Shown here: piece after piece, positions 48,601 through 60,800 of the stretch | Position numbering within the stretch: position 1 is the stretch's first letter | Layout of the letters: each line of letters begins with the position of its first letter | Assembly (NCBI GenBank): GCA_002633005.1 | Contig: NMRA01000001.1 | Span: forward strand, 1,521,755 to 1,585,754 | DNA length: 64,000 nucleotides | DNA from: Phoronis australis | Lineage: Eukaryota > Animalia > Phoronida | Direction: 5' to 3' | Translations under genes and position numbers: made by a program | Notes under the pieces: generated by a model | What the model was told of the DNA's origin: nothing | The model's database searches: none | Seen by the model: only the letters and a program-made list of their open reading frames with translations

Positions 48601-51600
48601 TGAAATTTCACACCACAATCAACGAGAGATGACTGACATCCGTTGACTTGCGCCTCAAGTATCCGTCACACAACATGAACTAAATGTAGAAAGTCTCAAC
48701 AATGAAAGAGACTCAAATTAGAAATGCAAAAATAGACAACCATTCGGAGAAAGGCGGTATATGTAACACAACTGGTTACCATGGCTACAGCAACTAACCT
48801 CTACTGTAGTGTACTCACCTTTTGATGGCTGGCCGAGGTCTATGTACATATCCTGGAAAGCAAGAAAGACAAAATAGAAAACTCAACACTGGCTGCAATG
48901 TCAAGCAAACATCTTTAAAGATACTTGTTATTGTTATCAATCAATTGTCTTAAAAAAGATTTTTCATGAAAACTAATCCTTCTCTGAAAATCAAACACGT
49001 ATCCGACGAGCGCAGGGCACGCATGAAGGCCCTTTTCACTGATTACCTGGAACCATTTTTGTGCTTTATTAATATATAGTTAAAACCAGAGGAGCTAGAA
49101 ACCTTTACTCAGGGGTCTAGCAGTGTGGCCCAGTGAGACTTGAACCCACGACCTCCAGTAAAGAAAGTGGGAGCTAACACTAGGCCACACTGCCTCCTCC
49201 AATCATTCATTATCAAGTGACAACAAATTTTTATGTATTTTTTGCTTTGAGCCTAGATTTGATTTTTGAATTCTTAGTGTCAAAATGTAGGGAAGCTTAG
49301 CTCGGATTTTTATTTACCATCGGAGAACAGAGAAATATCAAAAATCAATCCCTTTTCAAAAACAAGTGAAGTGAGACAGCTGATTCACTCCTGTTCACAG
49401 AAAAAAAACATGATAAATCAAACACAGGATTTCCCTGGGCATAAACTATAAAATAAGGTGCAGAAGTTCCCTTTAATTGGCCCAAACACAAAGAAATCAA
49501 TGTTCAAAACTGCCAACCCGTTAAAAATCAAAAGGCTGCCACACAGGATATATGTGTTTTAAGAAATGCTATGGGAAGTGAAGAAAACAAAGATACAACT
49601 TTACAACATGACCTGGAATGTGTTACAACACGACTGGTTAATAACACCGAGTACGGGCGAATCACGAAGTAGTGAAGAGTAGAACTCCACACACTTTACA
49701 ATTTATCGTCTGCAAAACACTAATACCAACAACCAAACAATGCTGGAATTCTGTTCCATTAGGTTGTGGTTGACAAATCGGGTGTCGCAACTGTAATCAC
49801 TGTACACAGTTCACGGTAACAATAGATGGTACTAACAAAATCATAGCTGAAAGTGAAAAAATTTCTAGGTGTAGCAAGCGGCGGGTCAGGGGTTAAGCCG
49901 GTTCATTGACTGCGACCCTAGCCAAGTCATTGAAACACATGTATGTACTCCCAGTCGGAAGGACAATTCCTGAAAAAACTTCTTAACGGATCCATCTTGA
50001 GCGGCGACGAATTCCATATCCACATTACTTCAAATGGAGATGAACCCCAACCTTATTCCCCAACTCAACATATCATGCGGTGAGACAGACTTACAGTACT
50101 GTCTCAAGGTCAGTTGAGTGCTCACGCGAGAGTTAGCCCTACAGTCTGTTTTATTCTACAAACTTTGATAAAAACACGACTACACTTTTTGTTTGCAAGC
50201 TTGATACTGGTACACTCGTAATTTTGGAAGTCTCCTTTCTTCAGGTGTGCAGGTACGACATAAAACACCGAGAGACATAACAAACAAACAAATTAAAACA
50301 CTAGCTATATTTCGAGACTGCATTGTCTCAGCATCAGGCAATGAGAGGAATGTTCGTTATCAAGCTTGCAAACAAAAAGCCTAGTCCTGTTGTTAATGAA
50401 CTTTGTGTAAACGAAGGGCTGCTACCAAACTATACTGTGTTACTTATAAACATTTGTTAAGTTCTAATGTTACAACTTCAAAGAGCATTTACAAGATTTT
50501 AACTTCAGTATTAGTTACGACAGCTAAATGCAATTTACAATTGCCCAGTTAAAAATATAATTATTAACAAAAAGTAACTGGGTTTACTTTGCATTGCCCA
50601 AGCGTATTTTTACAAAACTTGCATCGTGTGGTTGAAAGTTCTAGACACGTCAAGTTTTTCATAAAAATCCCTCGGCAAGCCTCTATTCATATGTGTCAAT
50701 AGTTCAGGTTGACAATTTGACCTTAAAGTAAAATATAACCAGTTTTGGATCAAAATAATTACCAAATATATCACCTTCCTTTTGCAAAGGTTTCTTATAT
50801 TGCTAAGAAAGCCCACAATTTCTCAAAATATTTTTACAATCTCACAAGCTAGGGAATAGAATTAATATCAAAGTGTTAAAATTCATTTCTTCCAACTTTC
50901 TCTTCTATGGAAAAATGAAAATTTCATTTGCCCCGTGTGTCATGTCCTGAACTGGTGAGATTTTACCATAATCTAATACCACGGCCGTCCCGCACTACAT
51001 GGCGATCGAAATTCACTTTGTTGCGGAGATAAAAGCACGTAACTCTCGTTTTGAAAATCAGGCACATTTTCGTTAGGCTATCTCTCACTGAAGTCAGAAA
51101 GGCAAAGAATTTCACTTCACACATCCAAGGGTATTTGTCCAGTTTAGCAAATTTTCTCACGTCGAAGTTGCAGCCCACAGCACAGCCGTAATACCTTGTT
51201 GGCATTCTAAGGATCAATAGAGTAATGCAACCAAGAAAAACTTTTAAACAACAACAAATAACATGTAAAACTCCAGAGGCATGCACCTCGCAGATGTTTA
51301 TAGCATTGTAGGTAAATACAGCAAAATAACACAGAGTGTCACTGTGTAAACTGGGTCACCCCTATTTAGTGACTGTTAAGTACTTAAATGGTCCCAATAA
51401 ACTACAAAGGGGGTGTTGCATAATCTTCACAAGCCAATGTAGATGAAGTTCTGTTGAATGGAAGGCATTACAAAAAAACAACAATAACTTATCTTAGTAG
51501 TTGTAAATTACGGAAATATTTCAACAAATTTGAAAATTTCACGTTTTTGCTAAGTATTTTATGTACGGTAAAAATTCTCTTCACTTTGGGACACAATATG

Positions 51601-52067
51601 GCGGACAGGTGAAATGTGGATTTGTCACAATTTCTCAACAAAAATTTCAGCAAAAATTAGTTTGCTTTGAATAAGGTTTGTGTAGCGTAGCTATTACCAA
51701 ACAACACGTGGTAAGATTTTGAGCATTTGTAACAGTGTGGTAAGACTGGCAAAATAGTAATATGTCAACTTTAGCAATTATTTTGTCTCAATTTGAATTG
51801 AACATATTAACAATGTGCAGTTCCAACAAAAAATGAATATTAACAGTAAGGCTTAGTCCTTAATACCATAGCAATGCACAAGGCAAGAAACATTTACCAA
51901 AACATTTCTTACCTTTTTCACACAGTCTGCTAGATTGTCAGGGCCTTCCGGTGTCGCCAGATCTCTTGGAGAGTTGGAACGGCGGACACGTGACAACGAC
52001 TGAGACACCAGACCTGCCCCTGGTATAGCTAGAATTTTAGAGCTGCCTTGTAAAGAGCTGAACTGTT
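45683..52067 (-). CDS. Unidentified gene, 3' part; join(51913-52067,48819-48852,48021-48353,46493-46584,45683-45829); acidic disordered middle and short C-terminal coiled coil; 5' exons not found
   Basis: Five exons with AG acceptors and gtaag/gtgag donors join in one open frame (phases 1-0-1-1-0): ...PDNLADCVKK|DMYIDLGQPSK|GKENRNAVSVPQP...REDP|EKEKPVLQRRTSIKERLMK...SIK|SECETRKKDFEHLIEEHNQIIEEI...QTT*. Confidence 0.75.
46826..47050 (+). mobile_element. tRNA-derived SINE, diverged copy
   Basis: TGGACTAGTG...GGTCCAAGTCCC; ctcctcagctcggttt...ggtgatcagtgcaa body. Confidence 0.6.
48995..49200 (-). mobile_element. tRNA-derived SINE
   Basis: Minus strand ggaggaggcagtgTGGCCTAGTG...GGTTCAAGTCTC, same body. 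Confidence 0.65.
50140..50410 (-). mobile_element. Penelope-like pLTR remnant with degenerate hammerhead (50303-50338) and inverted flanks
   Basis: Minus strand reads CTGATGc-t-GAGAC-aatgca-GTCTC-GAAA-TATA; inverted repeat 50185-50205 / 50358-50379. Confidence 0.45.
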
Positions 52068-52519
52068 CTGTAAAGACAAGATGGAAATAACACTGAGTGA
52101 AGGTATTCCAGAGATTAGTAGAGGGCTTCGCTATTCATGACATTGTTTCTCAAAGTGTAACTGTTAGAGTATGGCCAGTCCATATTGAAATTTACTAACC
52201 CGCCACACAGTGAGCATTGGCTGACAAGCATACAGTGTCACTTATAGAGCCCAAGTAATGCGGACGGGAGGTTTCAACCAACTGGTAAAAAACGTTTTAA
52301 CACCTTTCTTGCCATAATGTCGGGAAAGTGTACTAATGTCTTAGGAGAAATGGCAGTCCTTTTGATATATCAATGGATCCATACATTTTCTACTGCTAAG
52401 AAATATCCGTGACCATTAGTCAGTTGCTGCAGGTGATGAAGTGGGAGAATTTCGATCCCAGCCGATGTCAAAAAGCTAAAATAAACTAGTGAACTAGTAA
52501 ACTACCGTAATCAAATAAT

Positions 52520-52568
52520 GGGAGGGGCTGACAGTGGGAGGGGCTGACAGTGGGAGGGGCTGACTGTG
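52520..52568. repeat. 16-bp G-rich repeat x3 (gggaggggctgacagt)
   Basis: Direct inspection. Confidence 0.8.
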
Positions 52569-55148
52569 GAATTTAATCTTCTGCTTTTAAATTAATGAAC
52601 CACTATGTAATAATTAAACTTCCGTCTACCAAATCTGAATCAGGATCAATCAGAATTCACTTTCTTGCTTTCAATACTCAGGAGAGCGTCAATATGAAAA
52701 GTTCCCTATTTAGTGTTCATTTAGTTCATCATAACTACCACCTCGTTTCTGCATATAATAGCCCAATTACCAGATCTCAAATCATTTAAATACTGTGTGA
52801 GATCGATTTGAGTGACAGCGTTGTAACCTTGTTGTAAACAAATCATGCTGCTGAAGTGGATTCTACAAAATCTGTTTTTTCGCATTTCGTATTTGAAGTT
52901 AATTAAAGAAAAGATGTTTTTCTAAATATATCAGAAATATTACAAAAATGGCCAATATAAATAAGGTCTAAAATATCCTTTAGTAAGCAGAGACACCATG
53001 AATAAGGATGGGAAGCATATTATGAAGATGGTAAAGACTTGATTTTTTTTCGATGTCTACACATTGTTCCACCTATAAATACTATTGCCACAACCTCATT
53101 TCTGTGACCTGCATAAGTCACCACTGCAACCTCAGGTTTTGGAAAAAATACTAAATCACTGCAAAGTTACCATGCACGCCTCCAAGACTTGCTCAAAATA
53201 TTTCAGGAAGTAAACGGACGGCAATCAGACATGTTTGGCAACAAATAGATGAAAGGGACCATTAAGGACTAATGCACAGACATTGTGTCCTCAGATCAGA
53301 CACTTTAAGAAAGGGGGTTTTAACCTACACAGGATATCACTAGGCCTCCGAGGTGGTACCGAGCACACAATACACTCATAACTACCTGTGTGACTATAAA
53401 AGAGCACGGACAATCCTGGATGTTGCGGCAGATATTTTTGACAATTGCCAACCATGCGTCGTTAAATCTGACAATCAAGATTTTTGAAACTCACATACGG
53501 GAATCCTTCTTTTGTCGACCTCATCTCCATTTGGAATTTTGCCAGGTCACGTTTGGGGAGTTGACGTAATCAAGTGTGGAGTCCTGTATCATACTTTTAA
53601 GCCAACCATAAAAATTTAATTGACCAATCCAGACCCACAATTCTTCTTATGCGACCACATGCCGAGACATAGAAGTTGCCACATTGAACTAAGAGTCAGA
53701 CTGTAACTACAATGAACACAGTCAGGGAACCCCACTTACACCAAAGGTAGACTGGTCAAAACCTATTACCTAACGCTTTGCACACAGCAAGCCACATGCT
53801 GAGATGAGTGACAAGAGGGCCACCAGGAGAGACGGAAACAACATCATCTTGCAATCACGAGACCTACTGACGTTTAGTACCCAAATCTAGCAGGCGAGGG
53901 ACACCCTGAAGTTGAGACAATACTCCGACATTTTCTTGCGTACTGTCCTACTGGAGGCGCCACTCTCCTAAATTATCTGTTTCAGTTTTCGGTTAGTGTA
54001 TCATGACGACAAAACAGTCGACCATGATTAGCAGACGACGTAGTTGCCAGAAATAATGCCCTATAATTTGACTAGGTATCGCCAGTGAATAATGACGTCA
54101 TTACCTCTGTAAGAGCACAGATTTCGTCCATTGAAAGTTTACAGAGTTGGTGGTCCATGTACCATAGTCTCTGGTGGTAGCAATAAAAAGGTTGCACAAA
54201 GCTGATAGTGCTTGAAAAGATATAATCGCACACCAAATTTCAGATAGATGAGATGCCAAAAATATGGCACAAAAATTCAGAGACCAGTCCTCCGAAAATC
54301 TCAAATAACTCGAAAACGGTAAGAGCAATGCGGAGCATTGAAATGTAGCCATGACAACACCGCTACTGCTGTGCTTCTATGGGTGAATTGAGAAGATTAG
54401 GAGAAGCAGAAAACATCAAATCTGTCCAAAAATGGAAAGCCGTTGTCATATCTTTAATAAAAACCTATTTGTAGAATTTCATGAAAATACATTGATGAAC
54501 TCCACAGATACAGAGGGAAACATAAAAAACATTTTGTCATAAGGGGGCACAGTAGTATTTGGATTAGTTCAACACTTGTTACCGTTCGTCGTTGGCTCTA
54601 TAGGAACACATTGTTCAAATTTCACAAAGTTCCTTCAAAGGATTAAGGAGATTGAGCCTCAGACTCCAAAAAAAAAACAAAATCGCCACTAGGGGGTGAC
54701 ACAGAAGTCGGACCTCAGTCCGAAAGTCTATGTCATTCATGGCCTTCTTATCAGGAACACATCGGTACATGTTCATAATGACCCTTTGAGCGGTATGGCA
54801 GATAAAGAGGTGGACGCCAGAAAAAGGATGAAAAGGTAACAAAAATGCCCACAAGGTGGTGTAAAATCTGTCAAATCCGTCCGAGAATGTAATGGCATCA
54901 TCGCCTTGTTATTCAAAAAATAATTTCCCGAAAATCCATCTACAAACTCCAAAGATATAGAGGCAAACATAAAAACTGAAATTGGTACTATTAAGGTGGC
55001 AGTCTAAAACTCATCGTCATTCAATGTGAGCATTACACGAGCCAGATTTCATTAAGATCATACAAGGCCAGTTTTAATAGGAGATACAGCCACTGACGAC
55101 TGATGCCCAGACAGAAATGATGGCAATATGCATCCACATATAAATATG

Positions 55149-55418
55149 TTAGCGAATAAAAAGTGATGACACACTCAAAATAGCCCAAAGACTGATCAAT
55201 TGACAAAAAAATTTAAAAATCCCACCCAGAAAATGCCATCTTGAGTGTGATTTTAACCAAAAACAATAGGCTTCGAGCCATTCACAAGACAAATGCTGTG
55301 TGTAAATTTCACGTTGATCCGGTAAGAATTGCGATCTGTAGTGAGCAAACAAAGAAACAAACAAAAAATTATGACAAAGCAACAAACTTGGAGAAATTTC
55401 ATTTCCCCAAGTAAAAAT
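55149..55418 (-). mobile_element. Second HINE-like family, 5' portion
   Basis: Terminal hairpin acttggggaaat/atttctccaagt after a T run, followed by a TGTT microsatellite. Confidence 0.4.
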
Positions 55419-57608
55419 ACAAAATAGGCAGGTAGCCCGATGCCTTCTATGGTACACCAAGCGTACTTAGGCCGTACAGTTGGACCCACTGGCACTAATC
55501 ATGTAATTGGAACTGAAGGGGATCTCTCAGCATGGGGTATTTCCTCCTGAGGCCTTCAAGTCTTCCCGTTTTTCTCAGGAAATTAGAAAGGTCATTGAGC
55601 CTGCATGATCTGGTGATGAGGTGCTGTCACTTGAAGTGACTATTATAATCCCAACTAGTATAAAGCATTTCACTATTGCTGGTTGGGAAAGCAGATGTTG
55701 CACCTAATCAGAAATTACATAGTTCACTGTTTCGCCTTTTTGCACCAAACTCCATCTTACGCTTTACTCTGCTTTGGGTTATCAGTTTCTGGCTGACAAA
55801 AACTGGAAATTCAGTGTGGAGGCTTAGATCAACGAGAACAAGCAGTGAATTACGTAATTCTACAGATTCATCATCTCAAAGAAGTTTCAAGAAGTTACCA
55901 TAGCCGTCTGGGCTACTACCCAGGGTGCCTAAATTAGGGCATCAAAAAGTCAGGAGGTTAGCGTTAAGCAGCAACAAACCAAAATCCCTTGACAATGTGT
56001 TCACTAGCCTGCTCTTGGGTGTATTCATTCTATCTAATGACTTAAACCCAATGTGTAACCTTTAATTAAAGGCTCAGAACATGAAGTGACTTGGAACAGA
56101 GATTTGCGTCAATGTAAAACATAGCTACTGAGGTTTGATACTTTACACCTAACCTATAATGAATATCACATGATTGACGTAGGTTTTTGGACCTTCCAAC
56201 TGGAGCCAGCTATTGGTCAGCGATAACACTTACAGCATCACTCATCTTTGCAACACAGTTTCCAGTTCTTTTTTTGAAACAAAACAATAGCAATAGGTGG
56301 AAGAATAAATAACAAAATGACATTATTTGTACCTTGACGGGCCACAAAAGAAAAGGGTGCCAACTAATGAAGAACCAGAGTATCGATTTCCATGCAAGAT
56401 GCATTTTGGTTGAAGTCCTCACAACTGGGCTTGTGATACACAGTTCCTATATCAGCATGCAGTAAAACGTATCAGCAGCAACAATTTATGAAAAAGAAAC
56501 ACGACAATGGGTCAATAGACCCACAAAACCGTTTGAGTTAGTTCCGTGGTCCTTTTTGATTACCATGCTATAAACGTGCCCTTTAAAACAGGCGATACAT
56601 TTGGAAAAAATCTTTTGAATTTCTCCAATGCCAGTGGTCAGCTCCCTTCTAATCCCCACATTACAGCGTCTGAGACGCTCGGAGGGGGGGGGGGGCTAGT
56701 CATCAATAGCTATTCTAATTACTAGATCACTAGGGCACATAGTGAGGGTAATTCCTGTTTCTTATCAGATCATATCTGTTTCTCCATTTTCTTTTCTTTT
56801 TTGGACAAGAAAACTGATAGAAACCATAAAATCTGAACAGAGGAGTAAAAATCAGACTATGCTGGTTCTTGAATTTTCAACATTGGTCAAGTAATTACGA
56901 TTTTGTCAACAAAAATCCAACCCTGGAGCTCTATTCATTGGAGAGAAGTAATTTCAGCATGGCTTATCGGCTAATTATATGCATCACCGACTCACAATAG
57001 AAGCCGTGGGCCTCAAAGAATGTGGATGAGACACCAATCCTGTTGGGGAATTCTCCTAATTAAAGGGCATGGTCAAGATACGGCAATTTTGCAGAATGTC
57101 ATCTGTGTTTTCTGCTAATGACTGTCATTACCAGGCTAGTGATGGGTGCAACAACCAAACACTAAATCCACAGTTGGCATCTACATCATTCTTCACTGTT
57201 AGGTCCACCTGTAGATGGCATTAAATTTATCAACTGTTGTTGCGATCATCATGGTTGAGATCAGCTGCTCTGCAATGCCTTGTGCTAGAATCTGACTGCA
57301 GTGCGTATTCACTGTGACCATAGAAAATAAGGTTCGCAATTTTTCATGTGCCAATTAGTAAAGCAATCACAGTATGTCAATGAAAACGTTTAGCCACTAA
57401 TGACGATGAGCGAGCTCACAAAATATCTCTGTAACAGACAAGGGAAACTTACGCCTAATGACTTATACTATAGTAGACTAATGCATGGGCACTTGAACTG
57501 TGGCAAGAAGATCAGGAACAATGATTTGCACTACTTCCAAGAGGTGGGGTAAGTTTCCACATCTATCAAAAGCTGCTAAGTATTGTCCAGACAGTCACTA
57601 ATGTGCCA

Positions 57609-57804
57609 CAAGTTAAAGTGCCCAACTGCACTCAGCTGTGGAGGCAAATGAAAGTACCAAGTAAACTCAACTTGCGCAAGTTAAAGTGCCCAACTGCACT
57701 CAGCTGTGGAGGCAAATGAAAGTACCAAGTAAACTCAACTTGCGCAAGTTAAAGTGCCCAACTGCACTCAGCTGTGGAGGCAAATGAAAGTACCAAGTAA
57801 ACTC
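57609..57804. repeat. 68-bp tandem repeat, ~2.9 apparently identical copies
   Basis: caagttaaagtgcccaac... at 57609, 57677, 57745. Confidence 0.92.
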
Positions 57805-60800
57805 CTTCGCAGCGTAGCCGGAGAGAGCATAACTTGGCTAATATTGTGGGCTTCAAACAGTGAACAGGTCTCCCAAAACATTCCTCGTTCCTTATTAAGT
57901 ATCAAACCCCAGGGGACAATGTCAGACGAAGTAGAAAATCCAAAAATAGAAGGCCAATCAACAGTGCTTTGAACTTGATTGATCCCGTAATAAAAACAAA
58001 ACGTTGCACTGAAATGCCACGTTTCAAATGCCAGTTCCCACACTGTATAACAAAAATACTAGTAGAATGTTTACGCGATATGGTTTTCAACAAAAAAGCT
58101 TCTTACAAGGCACACACAATTAAACAACATTTGCTAATTTAAACTCGTAAAAGCTTTTGAGCCCCACAGAGTGATGATGATCGAACCAGAATTATATCTC
58201 CGCCATATTTCAAGCATATTTTGGTCGAAAAGATATTTTCAAATTCATTGTGCAAAATAAAACATAAGGTAAAGCATGTTAATTTATTAATTATTACTGT
58301 GTCGGTATAATTCCAACAAATTTACACGCTAACTAACCCAAGTTCAATGACTAGAGAAATTTTATAGTAAAATTACTCATTACCTGTAACTAGGATATTG
58401 AAATTGATTTTAATTAGATTAGGTTTTTCCATTGATTCCTAATGATTCGTTTACTCAATAATTGGAGTGTCAGTTGGAAATTCTAACAGAATTGTATTTC
58501 AGTATAATCTTTCATCATCCACAACCTTGTTTCACTATTCAAATGTACCAGGTAGTAACTCCTCAAAACATTTTACACACAGTAGTCGAAAAAAAAGTGG
58601 AGACTCACATCATAAAGTTACCATTTTAGTGAGTGTATGGTGAAACCTGGTTCATTGTGTATAATTATACTTTCTGCGCTAGACACTAAACAATTACAAA
58701 TGGTAGTCATTTGCATCTTGTTATTGAAAAATCTACTAAACTAAATAACTTGACAAACGTACAATTTTCTTACAAAAGATTCACATTTACATTAATTTAC
58801 ATTACTGTAAAGGAAAACTGTTAAGCATCCTGTGTTAGTCCAGTGTCCAACGTCATAGACAAGATCCTGTATCCACATGTGCTGACAAACCTTTCAGGGC
58901 TGCTTACCACGCAACAACGCAAGGCAAACGTAACGATGCAAGAATTTCCCAAATAAACCTATTGCGATCACATACTTGCAATGCAATCTCAAGAAGTCTT
59001 GCAAGATCTTGCATTCGCACAATTCTTTGGGGTCTCAGGAACACCAGTCAGATGCTCCAGACTTGACTTTTTATAAGGAGTGGAGGACAGTGGTGATAAG
59101 GTATACAAAAAGTCTGTTACTTGAGTGAACGACCTCATCAGAGTGAACATTGCTCTCTAGCCCTCTTCTGCGGGTGTCACATTTCTAATGAGATGGGGAA
59201 GCACTTGAACAGCTATTACCAGTGCAGAACAATACCTTTTGTATAGTTTACGAAATTAGTGAAAAGCACAGGAGCAGTGAAAGAGTTGTGGTGCCAGCAA
59301 TAGCATAAAATGTCAGTAGATGACTCATCTAAATAATGACATAAGGCCTTCCTACTGTCTAACTCGGGTGTGAGAGGAGCGTCGGTGTGACAGGAGCGTC
59401 GATGTAAACTGCGAAGTTCATTGAATCATTCCTTCCAGCTTCAGTGGTTAACGGCATCGAAGTACACGCTAGGTGACGCTGTCGTCATCGAAGTAATCGC
59501 ACTTAGGTATAGTGCATAGTTGTTTACTTTCAACCAGGACCGAAGTTAACCATTCATACTGAGCGCAACTCTCGAAAACATCGATGAGTCAATGTTAGTA
59601 TGAAAGGGCCTTCTATACCCGTAACTGCATTTCATTTTATCTTGACATTTTATTAAGCACACAATATACATGGCCGACTACTGAAATTCTATTTTGTCAA
59701 ATCTATAAACAAAATAAAGTTAAGAAAAATCAAGTTCAGCTTTATCATGGTTCGTTCCATGTAGATGTTACCACATAAGATGAAATAAATTTTCTGTTTA
59801 ATAACTGCAGTGAAGTAATCAGCCTCAGAAAGAAGAAAAATGACAATTTTGGTAATTACTCTTTGTGTGAAATAAGTGAGAGTTACCATACCAAAGGCAA
59901 ACTACTAAATGTTAAAGCGCCATGCAGTGTCATGTTTGAAAACCATTGTTTTTTGTTCTTGTTTTGGGGTGGAATTGTTTGTTTAGATTTTCAATAGGGC
60001 GAGTGAGTGTCCCTAATTACTGCCAATTTATTCCACTTAGAAGCTTCTAATTTCATCCTAATAAGTACTACGCGTGGGTTTTTATGATTGGCTTTCAAAG
60101 ATATTTATTGACACCGGGTAAAAATGTGCACTAGTGAAAACTTACCAACTAGGGTTTTCAATAAAATATAAAAAAGTAATGGTATGAAAATGGCTGAAAA
60201 GCTAGAGCATGAATTAGTCAATAAAAACCTGACATTAGGCAGACTTTCAAAGGCACTGTAGTTCCTTCGTGGAAACCAGGGATATTTTTGGTTAACATTT
60301 ACGCATTCCTGAGCTATACTAATTACATCGACCCGACTTAAAAGGTTTTTGAAAGTCAAGCACAGCGTTTTTAAAGTACTGTTAACGTAATACCTTGATT
60401 CAGATAACAGGAGGCACTCATATACCCACTTTGAATTATAAATAAAATTCATTCAAAATACATTGAACGGAAATCTACTCGAAGGTCTCAAATGCCCCTG
60501 TCCCAGAGGGTACCAGACCAGCAACAAAAACATATGTGGCTAGCATTTGGACAGACAGACAACCGACTTTCAAGAAGTCATATGGAACTGCTTACAAACA
60601 GCAATCAGGTTCATTTCCTACTGATAGCTCAGTTTGATTTAGTCCCAAATGGATGCTATTGAGATAACTGGTTTGATCACCAAACCTCTCTGGCTGATCC
60701 AGATTGGTAACTCCAATAGAATAAGAGAGGAGGTGATTGCCCAACTTAACAGGAAAGGGATTTTGTAACACCATTTAGATAATGTATCAATTTTGGGACA

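Noticed and set aside
53300-57600. Degenerate LINE ORF1/endonuclease (ILIVRF-like and VYHKP-like fragments on the minus strand)
   Set aside because: Only scattered short motifs with many stops and inconsistent order; needs a translated profile search to support.
57609-57804. CRISPR-like array
   Set aside because: Units are contiguous with no unique spacers; the context is eukaryotic with no cas genes.
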